Source: Candidatus Iainarchaeum sp.
GTDB taxonomy: Archaea > Iainarchaeota > Iainarchaeia > Iainarchaeales > GCA-2688035
Direction of reading: 5' to 3'
Assembly (NCBI GenBank): GCA_017610205.1
Contig: JAFCCL010000010.1
Span: 1 to 51,027 of the forward strand
Length of the DNA: 51,027 nucleotides
In this document: one piece after another, positions 28,577-38,277 of the stretch
Position numbering within the stretch: position 1 is the first letter of the stretch
Layout of the letters: the number at the start of each line of letters is the position of its first letter
Notes under the pieces: model-generated
What the model was told of the DNA's origin: nothing
Database searches by the model: none
What the model saw: the letters and a program-made list of their open reading frames with translations, nothing else
Made by a program: the position numbers and the translations under genes

Positions 28577-29204
28577 GAACTAATTTTGTTTTTTTCCAGA
28601 GATTTGATTTAAAGCTTGCAATTAACATGAAAAGTTGCGGTCCTTCAAAAAGGGCATAATATGGCTGCAGTTCTTCTATGTGAAAACCCCTCTCTGACAG
28701 TAATTTGCAAATTTTAAAGGAATCTTTTCCAGGATTTAAACCAAATGTGAAAATAAGTTTTGAGGTAGGGCTCTTTTTTAGCAGTCTTAAAGATTCGTTT
28801 AAAACAGGAATTAGGTGCATTGGTTCTTGGTGCCCTATCAGACCTATAATTACTTTGTTTTGAGAGTCTGTTGGAAGACCTGTTGTTGCTGCAGATTTAG
28901 TGAGAATTTTCATGTTTTCAACGCCTGCAGTTGTTTGTATTTTTTTAGCAAACTTGTTCATCTCTGGCGAAATATCAACACAGGTAACAAATCCATTTGG
29001 CACAAAGTTTTTTGCCAAAAAAACTTCAGATAGTGCAATCCCTGAACCAAGAGAAACAATTCTGTCACTTGTATTTATGTCGGCAAACAAAGAAATTCTA
29101 CTAATTTCTTGCTCTAATCTATTTGAATGTATCATTTTTGGGTAAAGAGGTGCAAGCCTGTTCCAAATTTGTTTAATTCTCTCCAAAGAAGTATTAGAGT
29201 CCAC
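28548..29204 (-). CDS. class I SAM-dependent methyltransferase (start uncertain)
   Basis: SLGSG motif I, VTCVDIS motif II. Confidence 0.75.
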   Translation of the reverse strand: MDSNTSLERIKQIWNRLAPLYPKMIHSNRLEQEISRISLFADINTSDRIVSLGSGIALSEVFLAKNFVPNGFVTCVDISPEMNKFAKKIQTTAGVENMKILTKSAATTGLPTDSQNKVIIGLIGHQEPMHLIPVLNESLRLLKKSPTSKLIFTFGLNPGKDSFKICKLLSERGFHIEELQPYYALFEGPQLFMLIASFKSNLWKKTKLVLISILQQFY

Positions 29205-29435
29205 TAACTCGGCACTAAATCTAGATAAAACTTTTTTTGCTTGCGTACGTTCCTTTGAGGTTACTCTGCCAACAGCTCTTTCAAAAAAAGTTTGGAAGTT
29301 GGATTTTGATTTAGCTGATTGGTTAAGAGTTGTTGTTCACCGTCTAATCAGCTTACGCTTTTTTACCTTTTTTTTCTTTACAATATAAAAGAAATGGTAT
29401 GAAGCAATTTAATCCTTTACTTTTTTGGCTTGACC

Positions 29436-30215
29436 TTACTTTTTTTCCTTTCCTGCTTTTTTTACTGTGTCTGTAATTGCTTTGAACTTTTTGCCCATTT
29501 CCTTTAAGTCGCCTTTGCACGATTCAAAAGCCGAACCAACCTGAATAATGTCAGCGCCTGCCTTGATTGTTTCATACGCGGCTTTTGGGGTTCTTACTCC
29601 GCCTGCAACAACCAGTGGGATGTCAATAATCTTTTTTGTTGCGGCAACCATTTCAACAGGAGCAGGCTCTGGCGCTCCACCGCCTGATTCAAGTATTACA
29701 AGTTTGCTTCCCATGTACTGGCCTGCAAGGGCGGTTACTGCTGCAAGGTATGCTTTGTTTCTTGGAATTAGCTGGGCTCTGCCCATCCAGCCAACTGCTT
29801 CCCCAGGCTCTATAATAATGTAAGATGTTGGAATTACCTCCAAACCCATTTGCTTTACAGGCAAGGCTGCTCCTGTTTGTGCACCAGAAATCCAGTATGG
29901 GTCGTTGCTGTTAAGCATTGACATAAAGTAAAGTGCGTCAGCATGCTTTGACAAGGTGTTAATGTTTCCGGGAAAAATTATTGTTGGCAAAGAGCTGTTT
30001 TTCTTTATTGCTTTCAATGACTCGTTTAATGACTTGCCCTGGGCTCCAACACTTCCGCCAACGGCAAAGGCATCAAGTCCGTTTTCTTCTGCCATGCGTG
30101 CAATTTCACCGCATGTTCCAGGTTCGTAGTTTGGAGGGTCCAATTGCATAAATGTAAGACCCTTGTCCTGCTCTATTTTTTCAAGAATTTTTTTGTAAAC
30201 TTTCCCCTCAATCAC
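29436..30215 (-). CDS. geranylgeranylglyceryl phosphate synthase
   Basis: LDP, VGGS, FPG, SMLNS..PYWI.GAQ, LE.G.GA..P, GGVR, GAD.I.VG. Confidence 0.93.
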   Translation of the reverse strand: MIEGKVYKKILEKIEQDKGLTFMQLDPPNYEPGTCGEIARMAEENGLDAFAVGGSVGAQGKSLNESLKAIKKNSSLPTIIFPGNINTLSKHADALYFMSMLNSNDPYWISGAQTGAALPVKQMGLEVIPTSYIIIEPGEAVGWMGRAQLIPRNKAYLAAVTALAGQYMGSKLVILESGGGAPEPAPVEMVAATKKIIDIPLVVAGGVRTPKAAYETIKAGADIIQVGSAFESCKGDLKEMGKKFKAITDTVKKAGKEKK

Positions 30216-30248
30216 TTAAAACATCCCAATATTCCTTGAGTTAATAAG

Positions 30249-30917
30249 TTATAAAAAGGTGTTTGTTGCCATTTCAAGAGTTTTTTCTAGACCCAGCCTG
30301 TTTTTATCCTTTCCTAGCAAAACAGCGCCATGGCCGGGAAAAAGGGCTTTAAAGCCTATTTTTTGCAGTTTTTTAAGGCTTTCAACAAGCTTTTGGGCGT
30401 TTCCAGAAGCCAAATCAGTTCTTCCAAAGCCCTTTACAAACAGGCAATCACCTGAAAAAAGAATTTCGCCTGGTTCAAGCAAAAGGCAAATGCTTCCGCC
30501 GGTGTGGCCAGGTGAATGAATTACTTTAAGCTTCATTTTGCCAAGATCAAGCTCTTGTTTGTCCTTTAAAAAAAATGAAACCTTTGGCAATTCTGTTTCT
30601 GGAAAAAATTGAAGGCATGCAAAATCAGTAAGCCCTGCATTTATTTTTCTTGCATCAGATTCATGCATTGCAATTTTTGCATTTGGAAAAAGGGCATCGC
30701 AGCCAAAGTGGTCTGCGTGACCGTGTGTGTGAATTATTAATGTTACTTCAACAGGTTCAATGCCAATGCGTTCAAACCCTGAAATCAATGCACCTACATT
30801 GTCACGTGTACTTGAATCTATCAGAACAATTTCCTTTTTGCCCCTGAGCAAAAAGCAGTTGCTTCCGCCATTGCTTGGAATGAAAGCAAAAATGTTTGGA
30901 AAAATTTCTGAAAACAT
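30249..30917 (-). CDS. MBL-fold metallo-hydrolase (glyoxalase II-like)
   Basis: THGHADH, SPGHT.GS, FSGD, PGHG. Confidence 0.93.
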   Translation of the reverse strand: MFSEIFPNIFAFIPSNGGSNCFLLRGKKEIVLIDSSTRDNVGALISGFERIGIEPVEVTLIIHTHGHADHFGCDALFPNAKIAMHESDARKINAGLTDFACLQFFPETELPKVSFFLKDKQELDLGKMKLKVIHSPGHTGGSICLLLEPGEILFSGDCLFVKGFGRTDLASGNAQKLVESLKKLQKIGFKALFPGHGAVLLGKDKNRLGLEKTLEMATNTFL

Positions 30918-30958
30918 TAAAAGAATTAAATAGTAAGAAACTAAAAAGGAAAATGGTA

Positions 30959-30986
30959 AGGCAATGATGAGGTTAACACCTGCTGA
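30959..30986 (+). repeat. array repeat A (28 bp) AGGCAATGATGAGGTTAACACCTGCTGA
   Basis: 27/28 identical to repeat F. Confidence 0.95.
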
Positions 30987-31081
30987 CCTAACGGAATGCT
31001 GAAGAACTCAATTTTGGGCCTATTGTTCTATTTGTGGAAAAAGGAAAACTTATTAAGTAACTAAATTTATAACTAGCCATA

Positions 31082-32293
31082 ATGAAAAATAAAAAATATG
31101 TTCCGGGAATTTTAGTGCTACTAATTATTGGGCTTGTTTTCATAAGTGGCTGCGTTCAGGAGGGAACAGAAACCGCGCCTCCTGTTCTTCCTGGAGCAGA
31201 GCCTCAGGAGGATAAACCAGAGGATTATATTGAACAAATGTCTGAATCTGAATTACAGGAATTGTGCGAAAGAGAGTCCTGGCCTCTGGAGTGTAGTATG
31301 GTTCCTGACACAAAAGGCAGAGAATTGTGCGAAAAATGCAAAGAACTAACGGGAGAAGGAACAAGAGAAGGAATAATAAAAGAAGAAGACATAACTCAGC
31401 TTACTTTTTTAGAAAATCTTGCTGCTGATCCATCTTGGAGCCCTGATGGAAGCCAAATAGTTTTTTTGGGTTTGGAGAAAAACTTGACGGAAGGCGGACT
31501 GTATACAATGAATGATGATGGAACCGGGATTACTAAAATTGCTGGCCAATGGGGACGCGACCATCTCTTCAATCCTTCCTGGAATCCGGTCAGCAATAAA
31601 ATCGCCTGCCATGGGCCCTCAAGTGGTCAGGGGCCAGGAGGCGAGGGATTGTTTTTAGTTGACTTGAGTGGAGATCAAACAAAAAGAGTCCAGCTAACTT
31701 CACAGAGAGTGGAGTATGTAGGTTGGAACCATGATGGAAAAAAGATCGCTTATAACGTCTATAGAGATTATGATTCTTCTTCAAATGAATACGAATCTTC
31801 TTCGATATGGGTGATGAATACTGACGGAAGCGGACAAACCCAGTTAACTACCACAGCGGATGGCTTTTGCGCTGGCCCGTCTTTCAGTTATGACGGCTCG
31901 AAGATTGTTTATCTAAAAGGATTTACTACTACAATGGGTGGGTTAAAGCCTGAGAAAGCAGTAAATGAGATTTGGGTCATGAATAGCGACGGCTCGAACA
32001 AACACATGATTTATGCGCCAGGGGAGGGCATGCAATTGGTAAGGGAGCGAGCTTGGAATAAGGATGATAAAATTGTATTTGCAAGACATCAACAGCGCAG
32101 AGCCCCTCAAATCTGGGTTATAAACTCTGACGGCACTAATCCTCAATGTATACTCGATCCTGAAGCAAGCGGTATTCCAACAGCTATTTATGATGACTTG
32201 GTTTGGGATAATAACGGAACAAAAGTAGCAGCCACCAAGGTAATAGTAAGCGATGAAAGCTGGCAAATATCTACCTTTTCTTGGGGAGGCTGA
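31082..32293 (+). CDS. lipoprotein with a TolB/PD40-like beta-propeller
   Basis: ISGC lipobox; PSWSPDG and IWVMN.DGS repeats. Confidence 0.88.
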   Translation: MKNKKYVPGILVLLIIGLVFISGCVQEGTETAPPVLPGAEPQEDKPEDYIEQMSESELQELCERESWPLECSMVPDTKGRELCEKCKELTGEGTREGIIKEEDITQLTFLENLAADPSWSPDGSQIVFLGLEKNLTEGGLYTMNDDGTGITKIAGQWGRDHLFNPSWNPVSNKIACHGPSSGQGPGGEGLFLVDLSGDQTKRVQLTSQRVEYVGWNHDGKKIAYNVYRDYDSSSNEYESSSIWVMNTDGSGQTQLTTTADGFCAGPSFSYDGSKIVYLKGFTTTMGGLKPEKAVNEIWVMNSDGSNKHMIYAPGEGMQLVRERAWNKDDKIVFARHQQRRAPQIWVINSDGTNPQCILDPEASGIPTAIYDDLVWDNNGTKVAATKVIVSDESWQISTFSWGG

Positions 32294-32351
32294 GCACTAC
32301 CTCATAAGAAAAGAATTAATAGTTGAATTATACTAATATTTCTACGATATT

Positions 32352-35300
32352 ATGAAAACAGCAAATATCGCCCTTGCAATTTTTGCTCTGGTTATCCTTT
32401 TATTTAGCGGCTGCGTTCAGGACTGGACAAAAACCTCGTCACCTACTTTGTCTGGAATAGAACCTCAAGAGGAAAAACCAGAGAACGGTATTGAACAAAT
32501 ACCTGAATCCGAGCTGTGGGAAATATGTAAAAGGGAGAACTGGCCTGCAGACTGCAGTGTTGTATCTGGCCTGCAAGACAGAAAATTGTGTGAAAAATGC
32601 AAAAAATTAACTGAAACAGAAATTCAAAAAGAAGCAGGAAATGGAACAGCAGCAAGAGGCGAAAATGATCTGCCAAAGTATTCTAAATCACAAGACTGGG
32701 AAATTCCAAGCGAAATGTTCGCAGAGATAAAGATGGATATGCCTGAAGGAGCAGATGTTAAAGGATATTGTGTTGAAGGAACTAGTGTTCAGGAAATGAT
32801 GAATTGGTACAAAAACCAAATAACAGGCTGGACATTAAAAAAAGAAAAGCCTGCTACAAAAATTCCTGAAACTGGAATAACAATAGGCATGCTAATCTAC
32901 CATAAAGACACTGAAGGTATTGGCATAACTGTACTAAGCGGAACAAAATTAAAAGGCACGTGTTACACTCTGGCTGCCGGGTCTTGGTCATTGTTTGAAA
33001 AAAATGGCAAAGGCGGGAAAGAACCAGAAAAAGAAAAGCCCGCTGAAAGCACCACTACAAAGCAAGTTGGAGAATGGAGCAAGACATTCGGAGGGACAGA
33101 AGCAGATTATGCATGGCTAGTTAAGCAAACATCTGACAAGGGGTATATCCTAGTAGGAGGAACGATTTCTTTTGGAGCAGGTGACCATGATGTATGGCTA
33201 ATTAAAACAGACAGCTCTGGAAATGAAGAATGGAACAAGACTTTTGGGGGAACAGATTATGATGATGCGCATTCTGTCCAGCAGACATCAGACGGAGGGT
33301 ATATTATTGCAGGAAGTACTGTTTGTTTTGGCGCTGGAAAGTATGATGCATGGGTAATCAAAACAGACGGCTCAGGCAATGAAGAATGGAGCAAAACATT
33401 TGGGGGAACAGAAGATGATTATGCATATTATGTTCAGCAGACATCTGATAGAGGTTATGTAATTGCAGGAGAAACATGGTCTTTTGGGGCTGGAGGAAAG
33501 GATGCATGGCTTATAAAAATAGACAGCTCGGGAAATGAGGAATGGAGCAAGACATTTGGAGGGAAAGATGGCGAATGGGTACAGTCAGTCCAGCAGACAT
33601 CTGATAAAGGTTATATTATTGCAGGAAATATAGCTTTTGATGAAACTGGTAATCATGATGTATTACTCATAAAAACTGATTCACATGGAAACGAAGAATG
33701 GACTAAGACATTTGGCGGAACAGGGGACGAAGAAGGAGAAAAAGTTCAGCAGACATCTGATGGGGGATATATTCTTGTAGGGGGGACAACTTCTTTTGGA
33801 AATGGAAGCTGGGATTTCTGGCTGGTAAAAACTGATTCAAAAGGGAACAAAGAGTGGAGCAAAACATTTGGAGGAACAGAAGCTGAAGGAGCGAAAGAAG
33901 TTCAGCAGACTTCGGATAAAGGGTATATTCTCACAGGAAAGACACGTTCTTTTGGAGCTAAAAGAGAGGATGGCTCCAGGGTTTGGAATGGATTGCTTGT
34001 AAAAACTGATTCAAGTGGAAATGAGGAATGGAGCAAAAATTTGGGGGGATTAGATGATGAGGAAATGTTTTCAGTTATCCAGATATCTGATGGAGGTTAT
34101 ATTGTTGCAGGAAAGACAAAATCTTTTAGTGATAATGAAAATTGGGATGTATGGCTTGTAAAATATGGGCCTGAAGAAAAGCACACTGTCGCGAGCCCAA
34201 CAAATAGAGCCCTTGCATCGTTGTCCATGACTTCATCCACTGACGGCTGGGCAGTAGGGGATGACGGAACAATAGTCAGATGGGATGGCTCTGCTTGGTC
34301 AACTGTTGCAAGCCCCACAGGAGAATTTCTCCATTCAGTTCATATGCTTTCACCCACTGACGGCTGGGCAGTAGGGTTAATATCACGCACTGGCGGATGG
34401 GCAATGGGAACTGGCGGAAGGATAATCAAATGGGATGGCTCTTCGTGGTCAATCGCTGCCGAGCCCATGACAAGTTCTCTTTACTCAATTTACATGCTTT
34501 CATCCACTGACGGCTGGGCAGTAGGAGAACATGGAACAATAGTCAAATGGAATGGTTCTTCGTGGTCAACTGTCAAAAGCCCTCCAGCGAATTCTTTTTA
34601 TTCGGTTTACATGCTTTCATCCACTGACGGCTGGGCAATGGGGTGGAATGGAGCGATAATCAGATGGAACGGCTCTACATGGTCAAGTGTCGCAAGCCCT
34701 ACAAAAAGTTCTCTCTTATCAGTCTACATGATCTCCTCTGATGAGGGTTGGGCAGTGGGAGTCAATGGAGCGATAATCAGATGGAACGGCTCTACATGGT
34801 CACTTGTTTCGAGCCCCACAAAAGGTTCCCTTGCATCTGTTTACATGCTCTCACCTACAGACGGATGGGCAGTAGGGTATGAAGGAACAATAATCAGGTG
34901 GGATGGTTCTTCATGGTCAAGCGTTGCGAGCCACACGACAAACTCTCTTTATTCTGTTCAGATGCTCTCACCTGCAAATGGCTGGGTAGTAGGGTTTGGC
35001 GGGAAGATAATTCCCATTCCTCCGGAAACCAATAGTCCGCCAGTTATTGAAAACCAAAAAACAGAAGAGCAGAGTAATCCAACGCATCTGGCAACTTTAA
35101 CACCAGCGCTTAGCTGGGACTATTATGATGCAGATAATGATGCTATGGAACAGTGCCAGATTCAAGTCGGCACCTCAAAAAGTGACAGCAGTTTATGGGA
35201 TTATGCCTTAACCAGACAACAAGAGTTAGAGGGAGCTGTGCACAATGAAGCCTTTGATGACTTGGATAACATTAATTTTTCAAACCCGGGCAAGGCGTCT

Positions 35301-35966
35301 GTAGAAATTGACCCGCCTGGCCAATTGCATTACAATGCTTTGGCAGGGGGCGAGAGTTGGGGCAATATTAAATGGCAGGGATGGGAAATACCTGAAGATT
35401 ATACTTTTGAGATTAAGACATATTTTGACCAGATTGGTGAAGGACAAATGTTTTACCATATTATCAATTCTGCTACGTTACAGTTTATACCAGGCTTTAA
35501 GAGAACTGGTTTAGTTGTGACCCAAGAGCATATAGAAGTGCCAAATCTTGATACTTTAAATTTAATTGTTCCCGGAGTTGTTAAATACGGGGCAAATGCC
35601 GAGTGGCAGACATGGAAATTTGTGGTTACTAGTGATACCTGGATGACTGCAAGTACTGATATTTATTTAACTGATTCAACGCACACTAACCAGTTAATGG
35701 CTGAAGATGTTCCATGCCCGGTTTCCCCAATTCCTGGTGGAGCCAAAGGACCTTTCATATCTTTTGAAACAAGCGGGAATACTGAAGTGCACATAGACTA
35801 CCTTAAATTATATTATGATTCGGGAGTAAAAACCGTGGAGTTAATTCCTAGCGTAACTTATAGCGGTTCTGAGCTATTGCAGGACACCACATACCACTGG
35901 CGGGTTAAGTGTTATGATGGATATGACTGGTCGGATTGGGCTTACGGAACATTCAAGGCTGAATAA
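32352..35966 (+). CDS. large multidomain surface lipoprotein (two repeat/propeller regions and an FN3-like C-terminus)
   Basis: FSGC lipobox; about 7 WSKTFGG...QQTSDGGYI repeats; about 7 SPT..L.SV.MLS.TDGWAVG repeats; ends YHWRVK.YDG..WSDW. Confidence 0.88.
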   Translation: MKTANIALAIFALVILLFSGCVQDWTKTSSPTLSGIEPQEEKPENGIEQIPESELWEICKRENWPADCSVVSGLQDRKLCEKCKKLTETEIQKEAGNGTAARGENDLPKYSKSQDWEIPSEMFAEIKMDMPEGADVKGYCVEGTSVQEMMNWYKNQITGWTLKKEKPATKIPETGITIGMLIYHKDTEGIGITVLSGTKLKGTCYTLAAGSWSLFEKNGKGGKEPEKEKPAESTTTKQVGEWSKTFGGTEADYAWLVKQTSDKGYILVGGTISFGAGDHDVWLIKTDSSGNEEWNKTFGGTDYDDAHSVQQTSDGGYIIAGSTVCFGAGKYDAWVIKTDGSGNEEWSKTFGGTEDDYAYYVQQTSDRGYVIAGETWSFGAGGKDAWLIKIDSSGNEEWSKTFGGKDGEWVQSVQQTSDKGYIIAGNIAFDETGNHDVLLIKTDSHGNEEWTKTFGGTGDEEGEKVQQTSDGGYILVGGTTSFGNGSWDFWLVKTDSKGNKEWSKTFGGTEAEGAKEVQQTSDKGYILTGKTRSFGAKREDGSRVWNGLLVKTDSSGNEEWSKNLGGLDDEEMFSVIQISDGGYIVAGKTKSFSDNENWDVWLVKYGPEEKHTVASPTNRALASLSMTSSTDGWAVGDDGTIVRWDGSAWSTVASPTGEFLHSVHMLSPTDGWAVGLISRTGGWAMGTGGRIIKWDGSSWSIAAEPMTSSLYSIYMLSSTDGWAVGEHGTIVKWNGSSWSTVKSPPANSFYSVYMLSSTDGWAMGWNGAIIRWNGSTWSSVASPTKSSLLSVYMISSDEGWAVGVNGAIIRWNGSTWSLVSSPTKGSLASVYMLSPTDGWAVGYEGTIIRWDGSSWSSVASHTTNSLYSVQMLSPANGWVVGFGGKIIPIPPETNSPPVIENQKTEEQSNPTHLATLTPALSWDYYDADNDAMEQCQIQVGTSKSDSSLWDYALTRQQELEGAVHNEAFDDLDNINFSNPGKASVEIDPPGQLHYNALAGGESWGNIKWQGWEIPEDYTFEIKTYFDQIGEGQMFYHIINSATLQFIPGFKRTGLVVTQEHIEVPNLDTLNLIVPGVVKYGANAEWQTWKFVVTSDTWMTASTDIYLTDSTHTNQLMAEDVPCPVSPIPGGAKGPFISFETSGNTEVHIDYLKLYYDSGVKTVELIPSVTYSGSELLQDTTYHWRVKCYDGYDWSDWAYGTFKAE

Positions 35967-36144
35967 AAGTATGCAATCAAAAAGGGTTTATAAAATTAAG
36001 TCCTGTTATTATATGATGAAAATAAAATCTGCTTCCCAAACCTTTAATAATTATAGTTTGTCTGACATAGAGCAATCACAGAGTCACATTTGGACTTAAC
36101 AGCAAACCAATAACATTTAAGCAATCATTGCCATTGGGTGCTAT

Positions 36145-36162
36145 AGGCAATGATGAGGTAAA
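36145..36162 (+). repeat. array repeat B AGGCAATGATGAGGTAAA
   Basis: 17/18 match to the core; intergenic. Confidence 0.93.
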
Positions 36163-36231
36163 TCACTATAGTGATGTATAGGGATTATAGTAATCTTTTT
36201 AAGGCACCCTCTACTTGCTTAGGTGTTAGCT

Positions 36232-37668
36232 TTATATTGATTGTTTGAAATCCTCAAGATCAAATGCTAAGAATCCTCTTTTCCTAAGTTTTTCTTTTCC
36301 CCTAATTTTTTTTGCAACCAAACCAAGCTTTAAGTTTGGAAGTTTTTTGTACAAATGACTTGTTTTCTTTTCAAGTTCGCTTAATGTGTTTATTGCTTCT
36401 TTATCTGTTAATTCACTCCACTTGAATTCAAAAGCAAAACTTTCTTTTCCCTTCTTTGCAATCAAATCAATTTCGTAAACATTTTCTCCTTTTTTCTTGC
36501 CTTGAATTTTTCCCCATTGCCGTTTAGCTTCCTTTAAATCTAATTCTTTTATTAAAAATTCTTTTGCAACTTCTTCAAAGGCTTTACCATAAACTGTATT
36601 CAAATTGCCCTTCAGTTTTTCCACAAACTCGTATTTCCTCGAAACATAATCAGAATAGTTTTTGTAAATCTCTGAAAACCAGTAGTGCATTAATGGGTGT
36701 TTAACTTTGTATATGCCTCTTTTTCCTTCAAAAGGCATTTCAAATTCAATTAACTCAAAGTAATCCTTTAACTCTTTAATCTGTCTAGTGATTGAAGTGG
36801 GTCTTGTATTTAAAGTGCTTGCAATTAGTGACGAGGTGTTGTTTCCATTAGCAATTGCTTCAAGGATAGAGTAGTATACCCCGCTTCTTCCGCCAAATTC
36901 TTGGGAAAGAATACTATTAACCTCGTCCTCTAACGGCGCGTTTCTTACAAACAAAAGAGAATTAAGGATTTCTTCTGCTTTTTTCGTTTGCAAACCAAAG
37001 TCTTCAATTGCAACAAAATACTTGGGGTAGCCGCCAAAAATACAATAAATTTTTATCAGGTCTTCTTTGCTTAACTTTAGTTCCTTGCCTAACTCCAAAC
37101 AGGAGCTAAAACTTAAGGGCTCAAGCTTGGAACCTCTTTTGATTCTTCCGTACAACGGTTCTTTGGAACTCCTAAACAAATTCTTTATCAGACCAATCAA
37201 TGAACCAGAAAGAATAATCAAACCAGGCCTGTTCTCATTCAAATCAATATATTTTTGCATTATGCCAAAAATAGCTGGATCTACAAAACTAAAATTCTGG
37301 AACTCGTCAAAAACAACAGGAGGTGCTTTTCTTGTCATCAGTATTTCAAAAAATTCATCCCAAGAATTAAGTTTCTCTAATTTTCCGACTATCCCATTTA
37401 TTCTCATTATTTCTTGAAATTCATTGAGTAAATCAGCAGAAGTTTTGTTTTTATTGACAAAAAAATATAGCCCATCTTTTCCATAGCCCTGCCCTGAACC
37501 ATCACTAAATCCCTGCCCAGAACCAACTATGCGAAGAAACTCAAGCAAGAGCCTAGTTTTTCCGACTCTCCTTAAACCAAACAAAGCAATGACAAAAAGC
37601 TTTTTCCTAGAGAGATTTCCAAGCTCTTGTAATTCTTTTAATTCAGCAGACCTATCAACAAACCTCAA
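36232..37668 (-). CDS. archaeal ATPase with a wHTH and a C-terminal DUF234-like PD-(D/E)XK domain
   Basis: FVDR..EL, GLRRVGKT (Walker A), FDEFQ (Walker B), PLYGR, GGYP.Y, EIDLIA...FEFKW. Confidence 0.9.
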   Translation of the reverse strand: MRFVDRSAELKELQELGNLSRKKLFVIALFGLRRVGKTRLLLEFLRIVGSGQGFSDGSGQGYGKDGLYFFVNKNKTSADLLNEFQEIMRINGIVGKLEKLNSWDEFFEILMTRKAPPVVFDEFQNFSFVDPAIFGIMQKYIDLNENRPGLIILSGSLIGLIKNLFRSSKEPLYGRIKRGSKLEPLSFSSCLELGKELKLSKEDLIKIYCIFGGYPKYFVAIEDFGLQTKKAEEILNSLLFVRNAPLEDEVNSILSQEFGGRSGVYYSILEAIANGNNTSSLIASTLNTRPTSITRQIKELKDYFELIEFEMPFEGKRGIYKVKHPLMHYWFSEIYKNYSDYVSRKYEFVEKLKGNLNTVYGKAFEEVAKEFLIKELDLKEAKRQWGKIQGKKKGENVYEIDLIAKKGKESFAFEFKWSELTDKEAINTLSELEKKTSHLYKKLPNLKLGLVAKKIRGKEKLRKRGFLAFDLEDFKQSI

Positions 37669-37906
37669 ATATATTCACCTACTGAATAATTCAATAACTG
37701 AATATCTATTTAAAAGCATTGTTTGGCCGAAAATCGGCCACATTATCTTTTAATGCCATTAACACCCATTTGCAACAGCAATGACGAATCTTATGTCTGG
37801 TTTTTGAAAAAAGAACGAAGTCAGGGCTTATTTTGTTTGGAAACACAAGGAATATAAAAAATAGTACGAGCAATACTTTTAACATATAATCTCTGAACAT
37901 CTCTGT

Positions 37907-37924
37907 AGGCAATGATGAGGTTAA
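37907..37924 (+). repeat. array repeat C AGGCAATGATGAGGTTAA
   Basis: Exact core; also shares about 30 bp of upstream sequence with repeat F. Confidence 0.95.
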
Positions 37925-38012
37925 GACAATTAAATGATATAGGTAATTGATATTTTTTCTTCAACCACTTTTGTACCAAAATTTATTTATTATTTAAAGG
38001 ATAAATATGTTT

Positions 38013-38269
38013 ATGGTAATTAAAAAATTGCTTTGGTTTCATTTGTTGTTTTGTTGGTTCTTTTTAGCGGCTGTTTGCAGAATGTTAGAGCCCCTAATCC
38101 AGAGCTTTGTGATAAGGTATCCCAACAAAGCAGTAAAGATGTTTGTTACCACAGAACTGCCTTGGCCACGGGCGACGATATTTTATGCAGCAAAATCGTT
38201 GAATTGAATGAAAGAGACGACTGTTATATTGATTTGGCGGTTGGAAGAACCAGCTATTTCATTGATTAG
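38013..38269 (+). CDS. small Cys-repeat lipoprotein, apparently frameshifted in an A6 run near the start
   Basis: FSGC lipobox and C..I.....D.CY repeats; ATG 38013 is one base out of frame. Confidence 0.6.
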
Positions 38270-38277
38270 GTGGAAAA

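Noticed and set aside
30959-31010. Fluoride riboswitch (GGCAATGA start)
   Set aside because: Lacks the closing GCC of P1 and the downstream pseudoknot pairing; no fluoride-related genes follow.
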